Positions 19,247-28,218 of a stretch of DNA of 64,000 bases are shown piece by piece. Each line of letters starts with the position of its first letter. Within the stretch, counting starts at the first letter, position 1. The notes beneath the pieces are model-generated. The model saw only the letters and a list, made by a program, of their open reading frames with translations. It was not told where the DNA came from and did not search any database. The position numbers were made by a program, and so were the translations under genes. The DNA is taken from contig CAMNCL010000002.1 of assembly GCA_946534345.1 (NCBI GenBank), positions 97,010 to 161,009 on the forward strand, given 5' to 3'. This DNA comes from an uncultured Bacillales bacterium. GTDB lineage: Bacteria; Bacillota_I; Bacilli_A; RF39; UBA660.

Positions 19247-20125
19247 CTATACTTCTATTAACTCATATTCTCTTGAACCTACTCCTAGTTCAGCAGCTCT
19301 TTCAATAGTATGAATACCATTTCTTGAATTAACTCTCTCTAGGAAATGTTCTTTACCAGGATCATCTGAGTTTGTAACTAAGTCAATGCATGCTTGATCA
19401 ATTGATACTGGATCTAATGAAATTAGAATACCCATATCTTTCATACATGGATCTTCCGCAACAGCACAACAGTCACAATCAACACTCATATTAGCCATTA
19501 CATTGATAAATACCATATTACCTTTAAAATAATCTACTACTGCACTTGCTGCTTCTGCCATACTTTCTAAGAAGTCATCTTGAGGTGGTAAATTATCCCA
19601 TACTGTATATTGATCTTTATTAGTACCTGCAGAGTGAATCCAAGCTTTTCCTTCACAAGAAGCACATCCAATTGATAATTGTTTTAATGCTCCACCATAT
19701 CCTCCCATAGGATGACCTTTAAAATGAGATAGAACTAGCATTGAATCATATTTTTCAATATCTTTTCCTAGAAAATCTTCTTTTAAGTGAGTCCCATTCT
19801 TTACAGGAATACTAATATCTGGTCCTTCTTCATCCATTAAATCAAACTTATATAGTTTATTCCAACCATGTCTTTCAATTGTTTTTAAATGTTTCTCAGT
19901 AGTATTTCTTTCTCCTTCATATGCAGTATTACATTCAACTACTGTTCCATTTACATATTCAATCATATTTTTCATAAATTCCGGTCTTAGATAATTTTGA
20001 TTACCTTCTTCTCCAGAATGAACTTTTACCGCAACATTACCAGTTAATTCTTTTCCTAGTAATTTATACATATCAACTAATTTCTCGGGTGATACTTCTT
20101 TACAATAATATACTTTAGATTTCAT
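19247..20125 (-). CDS. DUF362 family protein
   Basis: AVKVHSGEEGN, SHFKGHPMGGYGGALKQLSIG, DCDCC, DPVSIDQA; true start at 20125 after AGGAGG (ORF-track extension is spurious). Confidence 0.85.
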   Translation of the reverse strand: MKSKVYYCKEVSPEKLVDMYKLLGKELTGNVAVKVHSGEEGNQNYLRPEFMKNMIEYVNGTVVECNTAYEGERNTTEKHLKTIERHGWNKLYKFDLMDEEGPDISIPVKNGTHLKEDFLGKDIEKYDSMLVLSHFKGHPMGGYGGALKQLSIGCASCEGKAWIHSAGTNKDQYTVWDNLPPQDDFLESMAEAASAVVDYFKGNMVFINVMANMSVDCDCCAVAEDPCMKDMGILISLDPVSIDQACIDLVTNSDDPGKEHFLERVNSRNGIHTIERAAELGVGSREYELIEV

Positions 20126-20380
20126 ATACATCCTCCTATCGAAATTATAACAAAAAAAGGTATAGATTTCTATACCTTTATTTTTGACACTTAAGAATGA
20201 TTTACTTGTAATTATAATAAAGAAAAGAAAGAGTGAATGTAGAGAGTAATTCTTAAGTATCATTTATTCTAAATTTCAGTAATGTCTATTATCATTATTT
20301 CTTCATTAATACTTCATATATCATCTCCTTACATATACATAGTATATTTAAAATATTAAATGAACATTAAAAAAAGAAAG

Positions 20381-21043
20381 TTATAGTCTTTCTTTTGAAT
20401 CAGTAAAATATTTTGTAGAAGTTAAATATATAGAAACTAATGTAATAGATATTATAATTCCTCCTATTATATCAGTAAACCAATGTACTCCTGATAAAAA
20501 TCTAGTTAATACTATAAGTGCCATTAAAACAGCACTTGAAATATTAAATATTTTTAATACTCTTTTATTCTTAATATAATGTTTAGATGTAAATATAGAA
20601 CTAAGACATATACATAAAGCTAACATAGTATGAGAAGACGGATATGATGCTTCTAATACTCCTTCTTGAAGAAATGGTCTATAATTAATAACTACTACTT
20701 CAAATAAAACATATACGGCTCCAACTAATATATAGAATAAACCTAATAATACAATTCTTTTATCTACTGAAAATATACTTTTTCTCTCGTACCATTGTTT
20801 TAAACCAATTAAAGCATAAAAAGCTACTATTAGGAATGGTAAAACACCTAAGTATTTAGAAATACTATACCAAGTTTTACTATAATCTAATAAGTTTTTA
20901 AAATAATCATTAATAGAAGCAAAACCAACACTACTGTCTTGTGGACCAATACTTTTTACATCAATATATTTAACCAATAATGTATAAATAATTGATAATA
21001 ATATTAAAGCTATTGTTGTTTTTAATAATTTATCTCTACGCAT
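20381..21043 (-). CDS. PAP2-family membrane phosphatase
   Basis: NYRP, SYPSSH, RFLSGVHWFTDIIGG. Confidence 0.9.
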   Translation of the reverse strand: MRRDKLLKTTIALILLSIIYTLLVKYIDVKSIGPQDSSVGFASINDYFKNLLDYSKTWYSISKYLGVLPFLIVAFYALIGLKQWYERKSIFSVDKRIVLLGLFYILVGAVYVLFEVVVINYRPFLQEGVLEASYPSSHTMLALCICLSSIFTSKHYIKNKRVLKIFNISSAVLMALIVLTRFLSGVHWFTDIIGGIIISITLVSIYLTSTKYFTDSKERL

Positions 21044-21058
21044 AATACCTCCTAGAAT

Positions 21059-21844
21059 TTATTCGTTTATAAAATTAACTATATGTTCAACAGTTATATC
21101 CTGTTGCCATGAACGATTAAAATATGATTCATTATCACCTTTTTGGAAACCATAATCTCCAAAATTAGAATGATTTCCTCCAGTAATAATCACTTCTTCA
21201 AAATTAATACTTTTATATTTCTTAGCTTTTGAATATTTTTTCATATTTAATATACCATCTCTACTTCCATAAATTGATAACATCTTAATATTATTACCAA
21301 CTTTAGAATTAGGATAAGCTGCTAAAAGTATTAATCCTTTAACCCTTGTATCATGCTTTATAGCATATTTAGTAGCAACTACTCCACCTAGGGAATGACC
21401 TGATAAATACCAATTATTATATTTGTATTTAGAATCTAATACCATATCTGCTTTATTTTGATCTAATATAGCCAAGTTATGAGATACTTTTAACAAGAAA
21501 CAATCAACTCCTGCATTCGCAAGTTTTGACATCAATGGAGCATAAGCAGAAGCTTCTACCTTACCACCAGGATAAAAAATAAGTGCAGAATCAGTTCCAG
21601 GTCCATCAAAGAAGTATCCAGCATCTATTTTACTTACTTCAACAGTTTCTGTACCCTTTAAAGCCTTTTTAGCATCAATACCAGCTTTATAATATTTATT
21701 TAGATAAATACAACAAGCTAAAACAATAATAGCGATTACTACCACAATACCAATTACTAAATACTTAATAAACTGCTTATTATTAATTAACTTTTCCATT
21801 TTCTTTTTTAAATTTTTCTTATTATTTTTCTTTTTCATAAACAT
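21059..21844 (-). CDS. Membrane-anchored alpha/beta hydrolase
   Basis: IFYPGGKV, GHSLGG, GSRDG, GGNHSNFGDYG. Confidence 0.9.
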   Translation of the reverse strand: MFMKKKNNKKNLKKKMEKLINNKQFIKYLVIGIVVVIAIIVLACCIYLNKYYKAGIDAKKALKGTETVEVSKIDAGYFFDGPGTDSALIFYPGGKVEASAYAPLMSKLANAGVDCFLLKVSHNLAILDQNKADMVLDSKYKYNNWYLSGHSLGGVVATKYAIKHDTRVKGLILLAAYPNSKVGNNIKMLSIYGSRDGILNMKKYSKAKKYKSINFEEVIITGGNHSNFGDYGFQKGDNESYFNRSWQQDITVEHIVNFINE

Positions 21845-21897
21845 CTACCATAAACATTTTAACACAAAAAAAGCTAATCGCAAAGATTAGTTTTTAA

Positions 21898-22785
21898 TTA
21901 ATGATGGTTATGATGTCTTTCTACATGAACATGATTCATATCACAATCCATATTATCACACTTTTCTCCCTCTAATTCTAATTCAATAGTAGAATGACTA
22001 ATACCATGTTCTAATAATTCTTCACGTACTTCATTTTTTATTTTCTCACTGTATTTAGAAACAACTACATGAAGTGTTGCGAAATTATTATAACCATCTA
22101 TACTTCTAACATGAATATGATGAACATCTAATACTCCATTAACTTTCTTAATATGTTTCTTTAATTCATCTAAATCAATGTTTTTAGGAGTTATCTCTAA
22201 AAATACTTCTACTATTTCTTTAAGATTTTTCAAAGCATGAATAAATATAAATATCGCAACTCCAATAGATAAAACAGAATCAATAATAGAAATATTAGTA
22301 AAACGCATTAATATGGATCCAATCAGTACTACTACCCAACCAAGTACATCTTCTAACATATGTAAGTTAACTGCCTTTTGATTAAGCGAATCTCCATCTT
22401 TTGTAACATAACTAGCTAGAAAATTAACTATAACACCAAATAAAGCTATTATAATCATTCCATTATAATTAATATCTACTGGATTAAAGAATCTTTTTAT
22501 AGATTCAACTATAACAAAACTAGAACCAACTAATAGAATTACTGTAGTAATAACACTACCAATTACTGAATATCTAATATAACCATAAGTATGAGTTTTA
22601 TCTGGCTTTTTCTTACTCTTTTTTTCTAAAAAATATGAAATTCCAATACTTAAAGCATCTCCAACATCATGTACTGCATCAGAAAGAATGGCTATACTAC
22701 CAGTAAACATTCCACCAAAGAATTCAAATAAAGCAAAAAATAGATTTAAAACAAAAGCTATTAAAATATTTTTATCAGTTTTCAT
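21898..22785 (-). CDS. czcD: Cation diffusion facilitator (CzcD-like) Zn/Co/Cd exporter
   Basis: SDAVHDVGD, HMLEDVLGW, DVHHIHV, His-rich C-tail. Confidence 0.88.
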   Translation of the reverse strand: MKTDKNILIAFVLNLFFALFEFFGGMFTGSIAILSDAVHDVGDALSIGISYFLEKKSKKKPDKTHTYGYIRYSVIGSVITTVILLVGSSFVIVESIKRFFNPVDINYNGMIIIALFGVIVNFLASYVTKDGDSLNQKAVNLHMLEDVLGWVVVLIGSILMRFTNISIIDSVLSIGVAIFIFIHALKNLKEIVEVFLEITPKNIDLDELKKHIKKVNGVLDVHHIHVRSIDGYNNFATLHVVVSKYSEKIKNEVREELLEHGISHSTIELELEGEKCDNMDCDMNHVHVERHHNHH

Positions 22786-22967
22786 ATTACATCACCTTGT
22801 ATAGTAAGTATAACACAAAAAAGAGATTATTTCCTTATCTAATCTCTTTTCTTTTAAATGCTTGTATACCAATTACTATAAAAATCCAACTTTAGGTAAT
22901 TTAGGATTAACTGTATTATATTATTTAATACATTTATATTTAAAGAAAAAAGATACTTAATTGTATC

Positions 22968-23402
22968 TTATTTAACTTCACAAGGATATTCATAATCAAT
23001 AATATAATCATTAATATTATATGAATGATCACTAAACCATTTTTTGACATTAGCTTTTACTTTTTCAGGATTTTTACAATCAGATATAGCAACTATAATG
23101 GCAAGTTCTTTATCATCATTCATATATGGAATCATGGCAAATCCTTCTTCATTAGAATTTACTATATCTTCATAGATTGATTGAGTTGATAATAAACTCT
23201 CTTCTTCTTGACCATTAAATTTATCACAAACCTTATGCATTTCTTCTTCAGTTTCAAATGTATAAGTTGTTCCAGTCTCATAATCATAACAAGAATATTT
23301 TTCTTTTGCTTCTCTATTATTAAATAAATAGAATAAACCCATTACAATTATAAAGACTAATACAAATATCACTAATGGTATTATTTTATATTTATCATTC
23401 AT
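22968..23402 (-). CDS. Hypothetical single-TM protein with four Cys
   Basis: ATG shares a base with the upstream TAA (TAATG); N-terminal TM. Confidence 0.65.
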   Translation of the reverse strand: MNDKYKIIPLVIFVLVFIIVMGLFYLFNNREAKEKYSCYDYETGTTYTFETEEEMHKVCDKFNGQEEESLLSTQSIYEDIVNSNEEGFAMIPYMNDDKELAIIVAISDCKNPEKVKANVKKWFSDHSYNINDYIIDYEYPCEVK

Positions 23403-24397
23403 TATTTTACCCACCTTATAATTTGATATAATGGCATACTAGCATTTCTCTTAGCAGAATAAGTAAGCATTGTAGAACATTTATAATCTTTACATCCATT
23501 AGTAAATGTATGACCACCATCAAATACTACTGCACTACCAGTTTTTTGATTAACACTGCCAATCGCAAAAGTATGAAGTTTTACTCCTATTATATCTCCA
23601 GGTTGAATTATTCCCTTTTGAATTGCTGTTTTAACGTTCATTGAACCATCAAATTTATATTGTTTAGTATATTGTGTAATTTTACCTTTATATCCTTGAA
23701 ATCCTCCTCTGCCTTCTGAATTAACTACAGTAACTTTACCCATTACATCAGTCATACCCCAGTTTGCAGGAACAACACATGTAGTTGCGACTAGTTTTCC
23801 TTGCTCAGCTGCTTTAATAGCTAAGGCCCAAGTTTTCTTATGATCATGATAATTATAATCTACTGGTGGATGATATTTAGCAATTGCTTCACTTAATCTT
23901 CTTGAATTATTTACCATACTAGTTAAAAATCTATTACAATACTCTAAATTACCACAAGAAGTAACTGGTATATCAGTACCATCTGTATAACTTCCTATAT
24001 CACTACTAGACTTAGGAACTCCATATTCATAATCTGCAGGATCTGCATATATTGGAGTAGTAGACTGATCTCCATAGGGATTAATATAAGTAGCATTAAA
24101 ACTAGGTTTACTTACATTCTGAGTCCAACAAGAACTTATCTCTGTACCTTCCCCTAACATTAACATAGACCAATTAACAAGAGCAGGTATTAAAAATAAT
24201 ACAAATAGTGCTATAAAACTATTTCTAATTTTTTTAGGAATTTTCTGATCATCTGGATTTTTAGTCAACATTGAAAAATGTATTACTAAACTGATAATAG
24301 CTAGTAAAGGACCAACAATCCATACTAAATTTAATAGATTTTTTATCATATATAGAACACTACCTAAAGTAGCGCTATGACAATCTACCAGTATCAT
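23402..24397 (-). CDS. Two-TM pilin-like domain fused to an NlpC/P60-like Cys-His domain
   Basis: N-terminal Cys-TM-NPD-TM-Cys; C-terminal TTC...PGDII...HT; paralog of 33948-35186. Confidence 0.6.
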   Translation of the reverse strand: MILVDCHSATLGSVLYMIKNLLNLVWIVGPLLAIISLVIHFSMLTKNPDDQKIPKKIRNSFIALFVLFLIPALVNWSMLMLGEGTEISSCWTQNVSKPSFNATYINPYGDQSTTPIYADPADYEYGVPKSSSDIGSYTDGTDIPVTSCGNLEYCNRFLTSMVNNSRRLSEAIAKYHPPVDYNYHDHKKTWALAIKAAEQGKLVATTCVVPANWGMTDVMGKVTVVNSEGRGGFQGYKGKITQYTKQYKFDGSMNVKTAIQKGIIQPGDIIGVKLHTFAIGSVNQKTGSAVVFDGGHTFTNGCKDYKCSTMLTYSAKRNASMPLYQIIRWVK

Positions 24398-24414
24398 ATA
24401 ATTCCTCCTTTATC

Positions 24415-24822
24415 TTAGTTTTGGTTTTCAATATATTCAGAAGTTACAATAGCTTTTTTAGGTTTTTCAGGATCATAATTAACGACTACTTTTTTACCTA
24501 CAGTAAACATTATTTGTCCTTCAAAGTTTAATCCAAAACTTAAATTATTTCTAACAATTTTTGCGTCTCCAGAATTTTGATTCATAATTGCATCTTTTGC
24601 TGCTCTAATTGAATCAGTAAGATTATCTTGATAACCAGCTGCAGCTCTTGCTTTTAATTCCATCTCTTTCGCAAGCTCAAAAGGAACTCTAGTAGTATAC
24701 TTTTGTCCTTCTACTTCATATTCTACAAGAGGAAGATTCATATTATTAATCTTAACCGCAGAAGGTTTAGTAATTGTACCTATAGTAGTACAAGAATAAT
24801 TTGGTTTTTTAAATCCGAACAT
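24415..24822 (-). CDS. Hypothetical protein (DUF3592-like beta domain)
   Basis: PLVEYEVEGQKY and GKKVVVNYDPEKP patterns; start after AAGGAGG. Confidence 0.5.
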   Translation of the reverse strand: MFGFKKPNYSCTTIGTITKPSAVKINNMNLPLVEYEVEGQKYTTRVPFELAKEMELKARAAAGYQDNLTDSIRAAKDAIMNQNSGDAKIVRNNLSFGLNFEGQIMFTVGKKVVVNYDPEKPKKAIVTSEYIENQN

Positions 24823-24914
24823 AAAAGCCTCCTTATAATTATTATATATCATTAATTATAAACTAAATATATATCAAATGCAGAATATACTCTATTTGAC
24901 ATATTAAAATACTC

Positions 24915-25814
24915 TTATACATCAAGTAAAGCTAATATTACAACTCCAATAAGTACTAATAATATACCAATGTACTCTTTTTTAGATAATTTTTCTTTTA
25001 AGAATATTCTTGATAATAGCATTGATAAAACACAATAACTTCCAATTATAGGAGCAGCAATAGTAGAATTACCACTCATTGCAGTAACATAAAATATTTC
25101 TCCAGCAGTTTCAAATAAAGCTGCTGTTAATTTAGTTTTCTCTTTAATTATTGAAAAGTCTTCTTTCTTTATTTTTAAATATATTAATGTAATTAATCCA
25201 TATAAAGCAAATGTATATTCATAAGCAATTAAAGAAGGATTTTCTCCAATTATTTTTAGTTTATCTAGGTATATTCCATCTAAGAAAGTACCTAATCCAT
25301 CAAGTAAACAATATCCTAATGGAAATAAAATTGTTAAAGTTAATATCTTTTGCAATGTATTCTTCTTATTAAACTCTTTTCTATCTTTCTTATTTCTTTC
25401 TAAACCAATTATAGATAGTATTAAAATACCAATAAAAATAGATAATACCGCAATATAGAAAGGATAATCATAATGTTCTTTAAAGAATATAATAAATAGT
25501 AATGCTACAATTACACCACTAGTATTTTGTATAGGACTAGAAATAGATAATTCTAGATACTTTAACCCTCTATAACCAATTACCATACTAGCTATATAAC
25601 AAAAAGATACAGGTAAATACTTAATAATATCCATTATATTAATACTAGTATGTGTAGTTAATAATAAATAAGTACCATGGATACCCATTACTAAACCAAC
25701 CATTATACCAGTCTTTAAATGATTATAGTTACCTTTTCCTCTGTTCCCTAGTTTATAAAATAAATCTGCAACTCCCCAGAAGAAAAATGTTAATAATGTT
25801 GCGACCACTTGCAT
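24915..25814 (-). CDS. EamA/DMT superfamily transporter
   Basis: About 10 TM in two repeats; C-terminal FLKEKLSKKEYIGILLVLIGV. Confidence 0.85.
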   Translation of the reverse strand: MQVVATLLTFFFWGVADLFYKLGNRGKGNYNHLKTGIMVGLVMGIHGTYLLLTTHTSINIMDIIKYLPVSFCYIASMVIGYRGLKYLELSISSPIQNTSGVIVALLFIIFFKEHYDYPFYIAVLSIFIGILILSIIGLERNKKDRKEFNKKNTLQKILTLTILFPLGYCLLDGLGTFLDGIYLDKLKIIGENPSLIAYEYTFALYGLITLIYLKIKKEDFSIIKEKTKLTAALFETAGEIFYVTAMSGNSTIAAPIIGSYCVLSMLLSRIFLKEKLSKKEYIGILLVLIGVVILALLDV

Positions 25815-25868
25815 ATCATTCACCTAATCGAATTATAACATAAAAAAATAGTAAAATGATTACTTTTA

Positions 25869-26426
25869 CTATTTTTTATTATTAATAACTAAATCCATTT
25901 TATTATACTTTTCTAATAAATTAAAACATTCTTTTTTATAATCAATTGGTATAGTTATTACAAAACGACTCGTATCTCTGCTTATAGGTACAAAAGAAAT
26001 ACAATAATTAGAAATTAAAATAAATTTTATATTTTCCCATAAACACTCATAAGTAATATGATTATTCTTATTATCTAAAGTAACTTTTTCTTTATCAATT
26101 ATTAAAACTGAATTAGCATCTCGCTTAGTTTCAGTAGATATATATTTACGAACCGCAAGTATATCTTTTAGAAAAAATATTATAGCTAAAAGGAAAAATC
26201 CAGCCACAAAGCAATTAAATAGCATTACTTCTTTAAATATAATTAGCATTGAAACTACATATACAGTAAGAGCCACTGTTAAATATATTCTTTCTCTAAC
26301 ATATGGAATTATCTTCTTATAAGGATTGTTAATCAAACTATTATAATGACGAGCAATTGAGAATGCTTCATCTAAATATTTGTTCTTTTCTTCTACTTTT
26401 ATAATTTCTATACCATTGTTTTTCAT
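25869..26426 (-). CDS. Two-TM membrane protein with YcxB-like C-terminal domain
   Basis: Two TM helices then IIDKEKVTL...CLWENIKFILI pattern. Confidence 0.5.
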   Translation of the reverse strand: MKNNGIEIIKVEEKNKYLDEAFSIARHYNSLINNPYKKIIPYVRERIYLTVALTVYVVSMLIIFKEVMLFNCFVAGFFLLAIIFFLKDILAVRKYISTETKRDANSVLIIDKEKVTLDNKNNHITYECLWENIKFILISNYCISFVPISRDTSRFVITIPIDYKKECFNLLEKYNKMDLVINNKK

Positions 26427-26480
26427 TTAACTCACCCTTTATTAATAATGGTATATTTATTTTATCATATAAATTTAATT

Positions 26481-27341
26481 TTAAAGAAACAATTTATTAA
26501 CAATCTCTTTTACAAATTTAACTTCTTCTATCTTATGAATCCCAAAACATTTCTTTCCAACGTCTTTCAATGATGACCCACAAGAGTACAATATATATCT
26601 ATCTAAAATAATAAATCTATCATGAAAGGTATCATTATATATAAATTCTACATTTTTATATTGTTTATTATATTTTTTAATTAGTTTTTCATCTAAATTA
26701 CTTGATACAATAATTATTTTTTTGTTAATATCCTTTATTATATCTAATAATTCCTTTCCTGCATAGTTATCTATAATTATTATTTCTTCATATGCTCTAT
26801 TGAAAATATCCATAATTACTGAATAAGCATCATAGAAATCATCATCAAAAAACAAGTAATCTTTTACAATATCTTTAGGATTAAATCTATCAAACAATTC
26901 ATCTATTCTCTTTGTATTATTATCTACTTTCTCCTCTAACAAAAGATATTTTCTAGGAAGAAAATCTCTATTATAATTTAAATAGTGTCTCATTTTTACA
27001 AATGTATCCATTATTCTAATACTTACTTCAGTTGCTACATCTGACTTTAAAATCGTTGCAAGCATATAAACACCTTGTTCAACAAATGCTGTATGACCTT
27101 TCCTAGAGCCACCTTTTGAAGTCGAAATTTTCGACTTCAAAGAATTATATTCTTTATCCGTAATTCTAAACAAATATCTATCAGGGAATTTTTCTGGGTT
27201 GTTTTTTACTGCTTCATTAATTCTTTTTGTTTCAACATTATATAATTTAGCAAGATCAGTATCTAACATTACCTCCTTTCCATCAATTTCATAAATCATG
27301 TTTTCGATGTTTATAACATCTTTCTCTGCTATTTCATTCAT
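26481..27341 (-). CDS. ORF6N (KilA-N-related) DNA-binding protein with C-terminal PLD-like domain
   Basis: IYEIDGKEVMLDTDLAKLYNVETKRINEAVKNNPEKFP...AFVEQGVYMLATILKS; IIIDNY and HDRFIILD...GSSLKDVGKK; start after AAGGAGG. Confidence 0.88.
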   Translation of the reverse strand: MNEIAEKDVINIENMIYEIDGKEVMLDTDLAKLYNVETKRINEAVKNNPEKFPDRYLFRITDKEYNSLKSKISTSKGGSRKGHTAFVEQGVYMLATILKSDVATEVSIRIMDTFVKMRHYLNYNRDFLPRKYLLLEEKVDNNTKRIDELFDRFNPKDIVKDYLFFDDDFYDAYSVIMDIFNRAYEEIIIIDNYAGKELLDIIKDINKKIIIVSSNLDEKLIKKYNKQYKNVEFIYNDTFHDRFIILDRYILYSCGSSLKDVGKKCFGIHKIEEVKFVKEIVNKLFL

Positions 27342-27364
27342 AATTAAACCTCCTTCTTTAGAAT

Positions 27365-27495
27365 AAAAAAAGGATATCCCCTTCATCCTATTAAAAGGGA
27401 TATCCCGCAGCATGCAATAATTCTTCCTCGCCTTAAAGAATTAGAACCTTAGCGTCCAAATTGTCATATTAACTCACGGCAAGATAATTAATACA
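27365..27495 (-). ncRNA. Candidate ~130-nt structured RNA with its own promoter and terminator
   Basis: TTGATT-17-TATATT promoter (27501-27529), locally GC-rich body with TAATTCTT/AAGAATTA hairpin, terminator GGATATCCC...GGGATATCC plus T7. Confidence 0.5.
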
Positions 27496-27741
27496 CTTGC
27501 AATATATCATAACTATTATTATAAATCAATCGAACAGAACTGCTTTTTTCATTATTATCTTCATCACTTGAAAATGCAAGTCCAAAGCATATTCCAATAC
27601 TAACTCCAATAGGTAACCATAATCCCATATTATTTGTAGCTGCACCAATTGTAACTCCTATGCTTATTCCTATACATATTCCAATTGGTAACCAATTACT
27701 ATTATTATCTTTCTTTTTTTCTACTTTTTTTCTTTTTTCAT
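27488..27741 (-). pseudogene. Frameshifted glycine-zipper small membrane protein
   Basis: ATG AAA AAA GAA AAA AAG TAG; the -1 frame continues VEKKKDNNSNWLPIGICIGISIGVTIGAATNNMGLWLPIGVSIGICFG; span is 254 nt, one short of 85 codons. Confidence 0.7.
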
Positions 27742-27743
27742 AT

Positions 27744-27791
27744 TTATCTTCTCTCTAATACACTGACACTCTCCACATGGCTAGACCGCGG
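27744..27791 (-). repeat. rlmD 3'-end copy 3 (att-like scar)
   Basis: Translates PRSSHVESVSVLERR*; the next ATG follows after 2 nt. Confidence 0.88.
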
Positions 27792-27884
27792 GTTTTTGAC
27801 ATCTCACTTTTTGTATGTTCATGAGTCTTTGCATTCCTAAAACCAATAGTTTATCAACCTTGTCTATTGGTTTTTGACATGCCA

Positions 27885-28091
27885 TTATTTCTTTTTAATA
27901 ATCCATACCCATTTTTCTTTTAAAGATAGTTTTTTAAACTCATAACCATAATCTGGTAATTCTTTTTTATAAGTTAAGAATGCATGGTCAAAATCAAAGC
28001 CAGTTATTCTTTTTACTTCTTCAAATGATAATTTATACTCTTTTTTATTATTTTCTTTTACATATCTCCATAATGGTTCATACTTACTCAT
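27885..28091 (-). CDS. Small hypothetical protein (cassette gene 2)
   Basis: 68 aa MSKYEPLW...; RBS GAAAGGAG lies within rlmD tail copy 2. Confidence 0.8.
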   Translation of the reverse strand: MSKYEPLWRYVKENNKKEYKLSFEEVKRITGFDFDHAFLTYKKELPDYGYEFKKLSLKEKWVWIIKKK

Positions 28092-28094
28092 ATA

Positions 28095-28142
28095 TTATCT
28101 CCTTTCAAGTACCGTGATACTTTCACAATGCCCTGTCCTAGG
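28095..28142 (-). repeat. rlmD 3'-end copy 2 (att-like scar)
   Basis: Translates PRTGHCESITVLERR*; the next ATG follows after 3 nt. Confidence 0.92.
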
Positions 28143-28218
28143 GCAAAGAACATATCATTTAACCTAGTTCTAGGTCAACAGAATATGTTTCCCAGTACAA
28201 GTTTTAATAATTGTATTT

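Noticed and set aside
20126-20263. 46-codon N-terminal extension of the DUF362 ORF
   Set aside because: It runs through a terminator and promoter; the real start is at 20125 after AGGAGG.
22800-22930. NiCo riboswitch upstream of czcD
   Set aside because: The GC-rich NiCo consensus elements are absent; the sequence fits a gene-end scar plus terminator better.
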